64,000 nucleotides of DNA from Octopus sinensis (Eukaryota): contig NC_042998.1 in the NCBI RefSeq assembly GCF_006345805.1, positions 192,634,001 to 192,698,000 of the forward strand, given 5' to 3'. The notes beneath the pieces are model-generated. The model saw only the letters and a program-made list of their open reading frames with translations. It was not told the origin of the DNA and made no database searches. The translations under genes and the position numbers were made by a program. Of this stretch, positions 63,718 through 64,000 are shown in pieces (position 1 is the stretch's first letter; every line of letters begins with the position of its first letter).

Positions 63718-63945
63718 AATAATAATAATCCTTTCTACAATAGGTACAAGACCTGAAATTTGTGGGGAGCGGCCAGTCGACTAAATCCATCTCAGTGCGC
63801 AACTGGTACTTAATTTATCGACCCTGAAGGGATAACAGGCGAAGTCAACCGCGGCGGAATTTGAACTGAAAACGTAAAGACAGACGAAATGCCGCGAAGC
63901 ATTTTACCTGGCATGCTCACGATTCTGCCAGCCCGCCACCTTAAT
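63718..63945 (-). mobile_element. Family B-related SINE with alternative tail (ttgtacctattgtagaaaggattattatt)
   Basis: Head and centre as in B, different 3' region, not arrayed. Confidence 0.7.
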
Positions 63946-64000
63946 TATAATGATAATCGTTTCAAATTTTGGCACAAGGCCAACTATTTGGAGGAGAGGT

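Overview
AT-rich, repeat-saturated eukaryotic DNA. The SINE families, microsatellites and LINE remnants look like an octopod cephalopod (Octopus) genome; this is recognition from memory, not a database result. No intact protein-coding gene, rRNA, true tRNA or CRISPR array is supportable. The longest ORFs in the track come from two simple-sequence satellites (15895-17878 and 53490-54750), and most others are TE fragments. The window holds about 50 copies of six SINE-like families, which I label A-F. It also has decayed non-LTR retrotransposons (RTE, CR1-like, R4/Dong-like, Penelope), one decayed hAT transposase, five Helitron-type non-autonomous elements with exact A|TC...CTAG|T ends, and several MITE families. 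The most unusual observations are: (1) family B SINEs that occur as head + (184-bp body)n tandem arrays with array-private variants; (2) a Penelope fragment whose inverted pLTRs each carry a hammerhead-ribozyme-like motif damaged at a different position; (3) RTE-linked family C elements with hairpin-bearing VNTRs; (4) a 2-kb TGCATG/CA satellite. A few isolated exon-like segments hint at a possible host gene, at low confidence. Most TE boundaries are approximate unless a TSD or terminus is quoted.
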